From: the human T2T-CHM13v2.0 reference genome, Homo sapiens
Direction: 5' to 3' (one strand)
DNA length: 64,000 bases
Assembly: GCF_009914755.1 (NCBI RefSeq)
Contig: NC_060935.1
Made by a program: the position numbers and the translations under genes. The notes below the pieces were generated by a model. It ran no database searches. It had not been told where the DNA came from and saw only the letters and a list, made by a program, of their open reading frames with translations. This document shows positions 15,014 to 30,140 of the stretch, in pieces. Each line of letters begins with the position of its first letter. The stretch's first letter is position 1.

Positions 15014-16039
15014 TTATTCATCTCCAAAACTCTTTTCATCCTATACAACCGAAATTCTATCCCCACTGGACAGTAACTGCCCATTCCCCTCTGACTTTTC
15101 GCACACTCTGCAGTTTCCAGCCTGGAGAGGCAGTGCAGGAGCCTGACCTGACTGCTGCCCGGGGGCTGTGGGTCTGGGCTCTGCCAGGGGCCCCTGTTAC
15201 CCAGGGATAGGGGGTACCTCACTTGGAGGAACCTCACCAGGCCCTCACCCTCTGGCAGCAGCCAGTAGCAGGGAGCTGTTCCCCCAGGCCTTGGAGGTGA
15301 GCATTCCTGGGGTTGTGGCTAGAGCAGGCAGAGCAGAGCCAGACCCCTATCCTGGGGTAAGGGGTACCCAGATGCCCAGAATGAGGTATCTGGGACCCTG
15401 ACTGCCTAGCAACCTGCAGCCTCTTGTTCCGTTGGTCCTGAAGTCAGGGGAGGGGCTGAGTCTGCATGTGGAAGGGGGAAACTGAGGCCAGGGGGCTCCC
15501 AGGAGTGAGTGAGGTGAAGGGGGGGGATGTGTCCCGGGCATCTAGAACCACGTGCACAGAGGCTTGGAGTAGAGAGAGCCCAGATCAGAAGGGCAGTCAC
15601 GAGCTTGAGTCTGGGGAAGGACACAGAGCGGGTTTTCTGGGCCAAGTTCTTGGTGTTTGCTCACCCCCGCATACCGCCCTGGGGGACCAAGAAACTACCC
15701 AGGGACCCCCAAGAGCAAGAGGTGAGAAAAGGAGTCTCACCAGCCTGTTCCAAAATTTGAGCTCCAGTTGCTCCCTACCCGCACCCAGGGCTTCCAAGGC
15801 CAAGCTGAGCTGAGCTGAGCTGAGCTCTGGTCCCCTCCCCATAAAAGCCTGTCTGCGACTCTCAAGGGCATGTACCTAGCTGTTTTCTCCTTTCATTCTC
15901 AGCCCAGCCCCAGCCGCAGGCAGGATGGCTATCGGGAAAATGAGGCCCTAGGAATCGAGGGGGCTTGCCCAAGGTCAAGTAGTGGGTAAATGACTCCAGG
16001 GTCTTTCCCTTCCATCTGCCCGCCCTATCCTCAGAGATG

Positions 16040-16215
16040 CACTGAACTTTGCTCCTCAAAATGCAGTCCAAGACCAGCAGCATTGACAGCATCTGGGAGC
16101 TGGTTGGAAATGCAGAATTCTAGGCCCCTTCCTGGTCCCACGGGACCAGAATGTACATTTTAGCAAGAACCTGGTGATTTGCTAGCACTTTACAGTTGGA
16201 GAAGCACTGCTCTAG
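16040..16215. mobile_element. MER5A-like hAT MITE
   Basis: gaccagcagcatt...catctgggagct...gaaatgcagaattct...ggtgatt...agaagcactg. Confidence 0.7.
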
Positions 16216-17793
16216 GAGTTCTTTCCCATCGAGGGGATGCAACTTCCTAGCAGGGAGAGGATACCTGCCTGGATACACTCCTAACCAAGGCCATTGGGAC
16301 ACTTGTAGGAGATATGTTTTTCGGAGGCCCACTGGTGGTGGTGAGGTTGGCCTTGTCTTCAGAACACCCAGCCCGGCCCACCCACCCCTTCTCCCCCGTG
16401 CCAGTCTGCCCTGTGCTTTTCGAGTCCCGGCAAGCTCACCCCCACCCTGCCATTGTACACGACAGCTGTAGAGGGGTGAGGGGAACTGTTTCAATGGCTG
16501 TCCCTCCACCCCTCGACAAGAGTCCCACTCTTTCCCTGCCCCCAGCCCCCTGCCTGGTGAGGCTGATTGTCCCATTCAGCACCCCCTCCCCGGATTGGCT
16601 GATGGGCTTTCAAACTCCTTTAGCTGCCTAATTACTGCTGATCGTGGGCTGCACGTGCAGGCTTCTGTGAATATGAGATTCTGTAATTGCTGCTGGCACA
16701 CAGCCTGCCTGGGTGGGGGAGGGGAGGGTTCTGAGGACAAAGGGGTTCCACTATGGGGAGGGGAGCACTGAGGGCAGCACTAGCTTTGTTTTGCTCCTCG
16801 ACTCAGGGGCTCTGGGTGGCAAATCTCTCACAGTGAGGCAGCGCTGAGGGAGGGAGTGCAGCTGAGGAGTGGGCTGTGAATTTTGAATGCACAGCGGGTT
16901 TGGGGCATTGGGTGTGTTTTCTGCCAGGCACTGTGCTCCGTGCTTTGCATATTAGGTCTCACAGGAACACCAACTCATTCTGGCTTCCCCGGACGTGCCC
17001 AGATTTTACTACTGAAAGTTTCATGTTCCCAGAACCTCCTCCCCCGCCCTCTACCCCCAGGTAAAGCTGTGCAGGTAATTACACTATCACACTACATCTA
17101 ACTCTCTCAACAACTAGAGGAGATGGCGGACCTGTTATCCCCACTTTACAGATGAAGAAACCAAGGCTTACAGGCATGTAGGATTTTGTCTCCAGGGTCA
17201 AATAGCTGCTAAGTGGCAGAAGCTGGATTTGGACCCAGGTGTAAACTCCAAAGATCCGCAATGCAAGGAATCTGCCCAAAGGCCAAAGTGCAGGGGAGGG
17301 CCCAAGTTTGCAGGGTGTGTTCCCCACCCCATCTTTTCTGTGGCCTAGGCTCAAGACTCCCACCACCATGCCACCCCAGCGACCTCCAGGGTTCCAGCCT
17401 TACTCTGTAGAGACTACTTCTCCTGGATCCCAGAACTGGACCAGTCTGAAAGAACTGGGCCAGTCCCAGGAGGGGTGACTGTGTGGACCCTCCTCTGGCA
17501 GCCAGGGCCTGGCTAGACCCTTAGGGGCAGGGTGCTAGGTGGGAGGGCAAAGCTCTGGCCTTGGAGTCTGGGTGATCTGGGCCTGGACCTGCCACCAAAG
17601 TGGGACCCAGGTGGTTCAGGCTTCCTTGTGGGATGGAGGAGCTGGCTTGGATGTAGACTGAGGCCCCTTCCAGCTCTGGGTGCTAGCTGGATGCAGCTCA
17701 TTTGAGTGGCTGAGAGCCAGTGTGCATGGCTTTGCAGCTCCTTGCTGACTGCGTGACTTTGGGTAAGGTACCCAACTTCTGGAAGATGCTTAA

Positions 17794-18130
<337 letters not shown>

Positions 18131-20230
18131 CTCTTTAAGATCTTAAAGGGACAATCTGTGGAAAGCTTTCAGCATGATGCCTGGCAGGAAGTAATAGCTA
18201 GTTGTTGATATTGTTGTTATTATTTTTAGCGATGTTCTCCTCCCCGCGGTTGGACATTCAAGCTAACCTCTCCCCACTGGCCCTTGACCCTAGACGAGCG
18301 TCAAGAATCCTCGTAGGCCTAGCTGACGTTTGAGCCAATGAGAGCTCAGAGGAGAGACCAACACTACCCCCGGGGGCCAAAAATAGAGATAAAGCTGACT
18401 CCAAAGTTAGGCTTGGCGGGACAATTTTGCCCATACAAGGCCAGAGTCTGTACCACCTGGCAGGCCCTAGGGCCAGGGAGCTGCAGGGCAGACTGCCTCA
18501 GGCCTGCTCTGGTTTTTGCCAGATCTGCCCAGGGAGGCCCCGGGAATGTCACAGGCTCCTTCTGTCTCAGATGGATGACTCTCTGGGGACTGAATTTTAT
18601 TTGAAATCAGTTTGAGACAGAAGTGCCCCCCAGCTTCGGGCCCCCTTCCCAGCCAGACATTCCAGAGCCTGGGCGAGAAAGAAGCCCCAAGGCCCGAGAT
18701 TGTTCAGAGGCCCCACTTGGATGTGGAATCCGAAGCCATTGCTTCTGGGAAGCATCTGTGCAAAAGCTGGGGGACTCCAAGAGCCCCCATAGAAACAGAC
18801 CTCTAGGCCACTGTGCAGTGATGAACCACCTAAGCCCTCTTCTCTGTCCCAGGATGATGCTCGCTCCTCAAACCACATCCCTGTTGTCTCATAGAGACAA
18901 GGCCTTGGGTCAGTCCAAGCAAAGGCACCTAAGTATAGCAGGAAAGGCAGCACTTGAACCTTTCCTCTGCCTCTCAGGCTCTATATGTGTGACCTTGGGC
19001 TGGGCACTCAACTTCTCTGAGCCCCAGAGCGCCTCAGGGAGGCTCCTCCTCTGGAAAATAAGGATGATTATGTATGCCCTTGCTGGTTTGTGGTGTAGAT
19101 TACATGAGACAACGGAAGGATGAAATGACCAAGCTCAGGGCTGGCACACAGTAGGTGCTCTGTACATGCTCACTTTTATCCCTTTGGTTATAAGACAGTG
19201 TTGGGGGTGGTTTGGATGGTGCAGTGAGACCCGTCTCGACTCCTAAAACAGCACACAGGGTGCAGCTCTCCCTCAAGGTGGCTCAGGCACTGGAGTGCAG
19301 GAAGAGGGTTCTTGCTTTAGACAGGGTCCATCTCTTCCAGTGTGCACACTGGTCTAGCCTGGTGTGGGGATGTGGCAGCTGATTCTCCAGTTCAATATCC
19401 AGGCTTCTGTGTCATTGTCCCCATCAACCTGGACATGCCAATACTTCAGTGCCCAGAGGGCATCTCAGAAGTAATTTTCATTCCCCAGGATGATTCACCT
19501 TCTAAGGCTGCCTCTTGCCCCAGGCCACAAGCAGATGCTCAGAGATGGCTTTTGGTGGTGGTGGTGATGCAGGGGCTGGGGAGGCCCTGACCACTGCAAA
19601 AATGTGACAGTTTTTCCCTGGGATGCGACCAAATTGCAGAAAGCTAAGAGAGGTGACATATCAGCTGTGGGCAGCGTGGTCCGGGGCTGGTGCCTGGACT
19701 GCAGGAGTCTCTGCTCACTGGGTAGTTTATCTCTCCGGGACCTCCCAGGGCTCTCAGGGCAAAAAGCAATGTCAGGAGACCTGGTCTGCCCCACAGGGGC
19801 TGTCCTTCTTCTGTCGTTGTGAACAGGACTCATCCAAATCTCATTTTCCTAATCTGTAAAAGGGGATTGATAGAGACAGTAAGCATAGTGGTTAAGAAGA
19901 TGGCTTGGGACCGGCTGTATGACCGCGAAGCATAGTCTTTCTATATATGAACTGTGTCAACCTGGGCAAGTTATTTTGCCTCTTTGGGCCTCAGGTTCCT
20001 CTTCACTGCAGCGATGATAACACCTGTCTCATAGATTTGCCACTTTAAACAATCTGAGGCACCTAGTGACATGTGCTGAACACCTACCAAGGGCCAGGCA
20101 CTGCCTGAGCACATCACCTGCATCAGGTAATGTCATCTCCTGACAACTCTCAGAAGTAGGTGTTTGTATTAAACCCTGTTTACAGATAAGAAAACTGAGG
20201 TCCAAGGTCATATCACTGGTAAATGTCAGA

Positions 20231-20651
<421 letters not shown>

Positions 20652-20808
20652 CTACCCACACAGGAGGGTTCTACTGTTGCCAGGTCAGTTCCTTGGGCCT
20701 AGCCTAGGATTTGTAGAAGGATTAGCAGAGTTGGAAGAGAAATGCCAGAGAGCACAGAGTCTGAAACAAAACTGGGGAGAAGAAAAAGCTGCATATAAAA
20801 AGTGCTCA

Positions 20809-21188
<380 letters not shown>

Positions 21189-21236
21189 TTACTCTGAATG
21201 GACAAGTTGCCATCCCAAGCCCCAGTCCTCTTCTTA

Positions 21237-21793
<557 letters not shown>

Positions 21794-23614
21794 TTAATGC
21801 AGGTTTTTCAGAGGGGACTTATATGACTGGCAAAACTTGAATTGACCCCTCTCATGCCCAAGTGGATAACATGGAAGAAAAAAATCTCCCCTCTCTCTTG
21901 AGCTCTTTCTGCTAAGTGGTTTTGCTATGTTCACATTTTCCCACTGGCAGTGCCCTGAAGTCTCCAATCCCAGGTAGTCAAAACTCTGAAATGGAATTGT
22001 ACATGGTCTGGTGCTGATAGCTAGAAGCAACTGATTTACTTCGTTCTCCAAACTCAAAACCCTTTCCTGGGCCTCCTGAGAAGTTGTCTGGTCTGGAAAA
22101 TGGCAAAGAAAATTGAGAAATGGAAGCAGGAGCAACAAGTGTGTATAACTGAGTCGGGTCTTGCTGATGTGAGAGCTAGGATTGAGGAATTTGCACTCTA
22201 TTTTAGCAAGAATTTGTAAACATCTTGTAAGTTACCCCTATACTTAGTCAGTGAGGGTGACTCAAGTTAGGCAAATTGCATGATGGAAAAGCTGGGACAT
22301 AAAAGTCCAAATAAGTTAAAATATTGCATTGCATTTAGAGCCTGTAACCTGGGGCGCTTCCAATATTTCCAGCCTTTGGAAAAGATTTCACCATGAGCCA
22401 GAAACCCAAGAGCGTACATCTGTCTCTCCTCGCCCCACTGGGAGTTTAGTTCCTAAGGGTGTCTCAGATCTGTGTATGTCTCCCATCTCCCCTGCTACCT
22501 GTTCAGTCCATGCTACCTTCATTTCCCACCTGGACATCTGCTCAACAGGTACATCCTCCCTGACCTCCACCTCCCAACCCCCAGCCAGTGAGGCCAGAAA
22601 CCCCCATGGCTGGCTCCAGTACTTCTCCCCAGCACTCATCGTGGTCCTAGCTATGGATTTATTAGTGAGCTTGTTTAAGTAATGGTTGCCTTCCCCATTT
22701 CATTATAATGTCCTTAAGTGGAGGGACTGCGTCTGTTTTTGCTGATCATTCTGTCCCCTGCACGTAGCACAAAGCATGGAAGAAGGAGTTTGAAACATAT
22801 TTTGGCCAATGCTTTGTAAACACGTCCACATAAGTTAGACCTATTCTGACACTTACTCGGTCTCCCTATCCTGATCTGTGAGAGGTGCTCAATAAATATT
22901 TGTTCAGTGAATGAATAAATGAATAAAGGTGTTATAAACCTCAAAAAGAGATCAGTAATTTTTGCACATATGCAGTCAGTTTTTCTCCTCCCCAACCAAA
23001 AAAATGCTGAAGTGTTTCAAGACTGTCCATCTGAAAGAACATACTGGTCTGTTCAGAGCTCACATATGGGTGGTGGAGACCCTGATAAACCCTGGGTGTG
23101 TGTTTGAGTATGTGTGGGGGCGTGTGTGTGTGTGTATGGTTGAGAAGTTAAAAGAACATTCCCTGGTGAGAGGAAAAAGAGGAAGAGAGGATTCTGTTCA
23201 ATTACCTATCAAAATACAAATACATCCAACCTAGAGCCTTATTTGAAGTATTTGTGCAATGAATACTTGCTCCAATACTGCTAAGTATTTGTGTAATGAG
23301 TACATATGTGAGGGAATCATTACTCATGTGCTGATGCTAGGAGGGATGTGGGAGGAAAGAGAAGAACCTCCCTTCTAGCCTTTTTTCTGTCCGTCCTGCC
23401 AAAGTCTTCTCCTGGATGATCCTCTGGACTCCTTCAAGGAGGTGATGGCCCAGGAAGTGGTCTGCTGTGGTCAGTGGGGCTAGTGTTTGGCTCTCAATAG
23501 AGGTTCCCATTTATGCCCACTTTGTGCTCAGTCTTCCAGAAAGACCTGATGCTGGCTAGGTATGGAGAAACAGGCTCTCTTATATACTCTTCTTGGGAAT
23601 ATCAATTTGATTAA

Positions 23615-23913
<299 letters not shown>

Positions 23914-24585
23914 TGATTAACTTTTTTCAGGGCAATTTAGCAATATCTGTCAAACATTTAAAGACATATACCCTTCATAGTGCCAAATTATCTTCCAAGA
24001 ATCTATCTCATGGATATACTTGAAGTTGTGTGCAGAGATAGACATATAAAGATGTTCATTGCAGTGTTTTTTATGCTAGCAAAAAAGTCAGAACAATTAA
24101 AGTCCAACAATAAGGAAACGGCCTAATACATTGTGGTCCCTCCATGTGGTGAAATGTTATGAAAGCTGTAAGGTGGCTCTTTCCATATTACAGTCCCTTG
24201 ATTTTCTTCCTAACTCAACAACGTTCCTTCTTGGTGTCCTTTACTGGGTTAACCTCCTCTCAACAACAAAGAATAATCTGGTCCTAAATATCAATAGTGC
24301 CAAGGGTGAGAAACCCTGGGCTAGCCCAGTGCCGGGAGCATGGTAAATACTCATTAAATCTGTGATATATGAACAGGGTCTAGCACATGGCAGGTGCTCA
24401 AGAAATAATGGTTACATGACTGAAGGAAAGAGAATGAGGTAGGTCTATATATGCATATAAAGAAAGAAGTCCAAGATACACTGAAAAAGCAAAGTGCAAA
24501 ACAGCGTGTATATTATCATACTTTTGGGCTAAAAATAGGCATAAATGGATCTGCTTATCTATGCATAGGAAACTTATGTATGTAA

Positions 24586-24918
<333 letters not shown>

Positions 24919-25436
24919 AAGCACGTCTTAATAATGGTTTTCTCTGTAAGACAGAATTTGGAGTGAAGGGTATGAAAATATATTACGTATTTCATAGGTT
25001 TTTGAGCTGTTTCATTTTATTTTGTGAGCATATAGTGATTCTACAACTCACCACCACCCTGCAAACCTAGTTTAATTCAAAAACAAAAACAAAAAAACAG
25101 GACTGCTTGGTCACCCTTGATTGCAGCAAGACTTGAATGTAAAAAGTAAAAAGTAGCATTTGGGGCTGTGCGGACAGAGGCTTCGGGGTTGGTAACAGAC
25201 AGATGGGTTTTCACAGCCTGCAGAGGCGCCCTCCTGCCCCAGAAACCACCTGGGCTCTGAACTCATTTCTGTTGGTCTTCATCTCAAACTTGAGAAGAAG
25301 GCCTCATTGCCACCAATCGTGATGCTGAGGAAACTGAGGCCCAAAGCAGCACAGCGCCTTCCTGAAGGGGAAACAGCAGATAAGGGTTCTTTTTGTTTGG
25401 CCCCCAGGAGTGCTGCCAGCAGTGGGGTTGGGGGCA

Positions 25437-25807
25437 GGTGCCAGTTATATACCGCTGTGAAACATATATCCCCACACCGCATCTTACATCTTAAGACCAC
25501 AAATGCTTACTTCACTTACTGCCTCACAGTTTCTGAAGGCCAGGGTTTCAAGAGTGGCTGAGCTGCTGATCCTGGCTCAGGGCTTCACAGGAGGCCCCTT
25601 GAGGTCCAGCTGCGGGCAGGGGCTGCTGTCATCTGAAAACTGGACTGGGCTTCCAGGCTCACTCTGTGGCCCTTGGCAGGCGGCGATGCCTCATCGGCTG
25701 TCAGCCAGAGACCTCAGTCCCTGCCATGTGGGCCATAGGCTGCCTGAGGGTCATCATGACATCGCAGCTGGCTTCCCCGAGAGCAATGAGCTGGCAGAGA
25801 GAGATAG

Positions 25808-25855
<48 letters not shown>

Positions 25856-25997
25856 GCCACTGTCTTTTATCACCTAATCTCAGAAGGGACATACCACCAC
25901 TTCCACCATATTCTATTGGTCACACTGACCAACCTGGCACAGTGTGGGAGGGGCCTGCACAAGGGTATCACTACCAGGAGAGGGGATCGTAGGGTCC
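25437..25997 (-). mobile_element. MaLR solo LTR (MLT1F-like) containing (GA)21
   Basis: ctcacagtttctgaaggccaggg...ccacttccaccatattctattggtcaca...ccatcttggagg; (GA)21 at 25811-25852. Confidence 0.7.
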
Positions 25998-28900
25998 ATC
26001 TTGGAGGATGGTGACCCTAGGGCAGCCCCTGGCAGGGCCTTACTCTGAAAGTCTGGACTCTACATTTGAGTGACCCTAGGAGTAGGAGGGGAGAAGGACC
26101 CACCAGATTGAGTCCTGCAGTACAGCAGAGGCACCGTGGAGAGACACCTGGTGAGAGAAAAAGGTATGGGCCTGGGCCTCTAAAGCGCTCTCCGAGCCTG
26201 GGCTCCTGCTCCAATCCCAAGAATCACAGACATCTCGTGGGCCTCAGCATCCTCAACCCAGGGCCAGTGGCGGCCTGACTGCCTTCCCCCTCCCCTCCTC
26301 CCGGGGATGTGATGATACACATGCAGGGGCACCCAGGAGCCAATGGCACTGTCAATCAGCTGCCATAATCACAGGCATGCACAAACTGCTCTGGGCAAAT
26401 AATCTCACCAAGTTGGTGATGGAGTAGGTGCTCCATAAACACTCAGTGGCCAGCTAATGGCTTTTTTTCTGAGCACACGTGTTGAATGCTGACTACATAC
26501 CAAGTCCTTTGGCAGGCATGATTCATGCATTATATCACTGCTTTCCACCCAAATACACTATAAGGTTGCAATACACCAGACAATAAATCTACTAATAAGA
26601 TTAGCCCCATTTTAAGGATGGGAAACTGAGGCTGGGAGGGTTAAGCACGTTGCTCAAATCCTTACAGGACTTACACTCAGATTGGCCTGGCTGCAAAGCC
26701 TCTGCTCTTGCCTCTGACATTGCATTGCCTCCCACCCACTCTCCTCCAGTGGGAGACAGGGCCGTCTACCAGAGAGAAGAAATAGGAGCTTAGCATCGTG
26801 TAGGCATCATATAGACCTCTGAGTCCTTCCTGCTTCACTAAAGAGGCAGACAAGACGCCGGCCCAAGACAAGAAGCAACTTTACTCCTTGAGTGGGGAGC
26901 AGAACCCACACCAAAGCCTCCTAAGAGCCAGACTAGTGGTGTTTCGCTTCTACCCTAAAGCCCATCCTCAACCCAGCTCATGCAAAAATACTTCTCCAAT
27001 AAGAATGCGGCTAGGTTTGTCTTAAACATTGGAGCTAATTCCCAGCAGGATGGTGTACTAGAAAGAGCCTGGGCTGCGTCATCAGATAGATCTGCATTCA
27101 AATCCTAGTCCTCTGACCTTGGACCAGTATTTAAGCTTTCTGAGCCTCAGTTTTCATATCTGTAAAATGGGGCAATCACACTAATTTCTAATTTAGTTGT
27201 GAGGAGTAAGCGAAACATAAGAAATGAAAATGCCTGGCATGTAGTAATAAATTATATTAATTTCTTTGTTTCCTTTAGTCATTTATGATCATATTGCAGA
27301 AGCTCCAATTCTTCCTCCAATAAAAATATTCTTCTTTGGGTTGAAAAAGGGACCCTTACTCTAGCCTGCTATTTTTTTCTCCTATGTGGCCCTAGCATCC
27401 CTAAACACTTCTTCCAACCAATGAAGACCTCCAAGCATTGATAGGGGCTTTCTTTTTTGTGCCTTGATAAAGCCAGGCCTGGAGCCCCCAGGAACATGAG
27501 ACTTTGGTACCGGTGGCTCAATTTTAGCCAACTGCTACTCTGGTGGGCCAGTCAGGGACACAGATCCTGCAGCATTTCTGGAGTGGAAAAACCCCAGGTT
27601 GCCGGGTGGTGGCTGCTGCAGTATTGCTGGCCGGCTTAGTCACAGTGGGCAGGCCTGGGAGGTGGTTGGATTCCAGCAACGGAGGTCCCTTGGGAAGCAT
27701 CTGCTTCTGTCCTAGCTGAGCTGGGGGAGGGGGAATGGGCGAGCAGATATTCTGGAGATGCTCAGCTAGACTACAACAGGATTGGAAAGGGTCCTAAATC
27801 CTCCCTGAGCTGCTCTGACCTGAGGTTTTTTTGGGGAAACAAGGCCCCTGTATCTTGATCACTCAAAAATAGGTGGTTTAATAGAACCAGAAAAAGATAG
27901 TATCTGTTCAGGTTGGGGGTCCAGCTCTGGGAAAAGGGTGGGTGGTCCTCAGGAATTGAAGGGTGGTTGGACCAAGCCTTGAAAGCCCTTTCCAATACCC
28001 CAAATACAGGACTTCATGATAGGGGACTTGCCAAGAAATCCAGCAGACAAGTATGTGGACTCCATAGGCAAAGCTGCTATGGCATTTCTTTGGGAGAAGC
28101 AGCCGAGTACCCAGGCCTGCGGTAGTTAACAGAAAGACCACTGGACATGGTGTCAGAGGTCCCACTGACCTTGGGATTTTGGGTAAACAACTTCCCTCTC
28201 AGAGCCTTAGTTTCTCTGCTTATAAAATAGATCTCTTATAGAGACCCCTCCAGCACTGAGAATCTCTGATTCATTTCTGGAGTTTTTGCCTCATGTTTCA
28301 TAATCTGAAGATCTGCCAATGAGCAAGTATTTATAGAGCCCTGTCAGGTGAGGTGGGAGAAACAAGTCACTTTGAAACCAGCCTCTGCCCTCCTAGAGCT
28401 CATCAAGGACATTCAGATACACACAGGCACACATATGGAAGCAGCCACCCAATACCCAATGGAAAGGACTTGTCTATGGGGGTCCAGAGGAAGGGACAGC
28501 AAGGTGGCCTGGGCTGTTCCAGGATGGCTTCCAGGAGGAGGTAGAATTTGAGCCAGGCCTTGCAAGATGAGCAGAGTTCACTAGGTTAGAAGAAGGGAGC
28601 AGGATGTCCCATGCAAGGCCTGGTGAAAAGTCAGGGCTCACACATACAGCTGTGTAGGTTGTGCACTGCACAACTCCAGGGGCACCAGGGGCATTCACAT
28701 TGTGATCTCTGTGACTATACTCCCTGTGTACAACCTGCAAGGCTTTATGCAAAAGCCCTGAAAAAAGTGCTGGCATAGAGGAATGATGTCTGCCAGGGCT
28801 GCAGGAACAGGCAAGAGTAGCCCCTGGGTGGCCCATTTGTCCACCTGGCCTATGGGGGTTAGTGTTCTCCCAGGCTTGGGGGCAATCAGCTCTGTTCATT

Positions 28901-30023
28901 TCCTGAATGGCTCAAGTGTTCATGAGAAGAGTGCAGCCAGACATCAGGTTCAGATGTTTCCTCCAGTGCTTTCTGGGATCCTGGGCAACTGACATAACCT
29001 CTCTATGCCTCGGTTTACTCCTTGAAAGTGGGCATCATAAGAGCTCCTGCTGTACAGGGTTTTGGAGGACATTCAGGTGGATCATACATGTAAAGTAATT
29101 GTGTAACCCTGGGCTTGATCATTGATCCATGTTATGATGACTGACCCTGGGAGAGAGAGAGAGAGAAAGGCTGGGTGGAGTGGTTCCTGGAAGCTACTGG
29201 GCACTGGGAAGAGAGGGGTGGAAGTAAGCAGCTTGTCATTGGGCTGGAGATGAGCCATTGCCAAGCAGTAATGATTTTTCCATAAATCATAAATTTGGAT
29301 GGCTCCCAGGAAACCAGCAGCGTCTCCTGGGAGAACTGTTTTAGGAAAAATGCTTTGTGAAGTACACAGGAGCCAGGGATCCAGGGGACTGGAGTTCTTT
29401 TCCTCACCCATCAGGGACCTTGAGCCACTCCCTGTATTTGGGCGTCTGTCTGTCCCCCAGCCCCAGTGGGGGAAGGAACTTCACAGTGGATAGACCCCTT
29501 GGCCACCTGGGCAGTACTTAAGGAGACCAAAGATGCAGATATCTGAGAGAGGGTGAGCTTCCCAGGGAGCATCACAACTCCAGGCAGACGACTCAGCCAG
29601 ACTGAGATGTGAACTCACAGCAGGGAGGTCTATGCCAGCCGGTCTCGACCTCTGCCTGCTCTCACCAGCTGTGCAGACACAGAACTGATAGCAGGAGCCC
29701 CAACTCGCCCCAGCCCCACTCAGGCTTACCCTCCTGACCCATGAGTCTACAGGCAATATGGTTGGTGCTCAGTCAGGGCAGAAGTTTCTCCTGCAGACTT
29801 GGACACAGCCCAGGCTCAACTTCCTCTTCCCTTCACCTGGGCAGCCAGAGATTGAGAGACCTTGGCCTTGTGCCTGGTGGAGGGCAACAGCACCCTTGAC
29901 CTTTCAGGGTCCATTCTAGATGGGTTTCTAGACTTGGGTCCAGGATGATAATAGTAATAATTACTCATTTTTAAAATAAAGTAGCTTTACTGAGATATAA
30001 TTCACATATAAAATTCACCTTTT

Positions 30024-30140
30024 TCATGCCTGTAATCTCAGCACATTGGGAGGCCAAGGCAGGAGAATCACTTGAGGCTAGGAGTTTGAGACCAGCCTGG
30101 ACAGCATACTAAGACCCCATTTCTTAAAAATAAAAGGAAA
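30024..30140 (+). mobile_element. Alu left monomer (FLAM-like) inside the L1
   Basis: catgcctgtaatctcagcac...gagaccagcctgg followed by A-rich tail. Confidence 0.8.

Noticed and set aside
15803-15848. AGCTG pentamer run resembling an Ig switch repeat, followed by CATAAAA
   Set aside because: Only about 24 bp; switch regions span kilobases. Best treated as a simple repeat.
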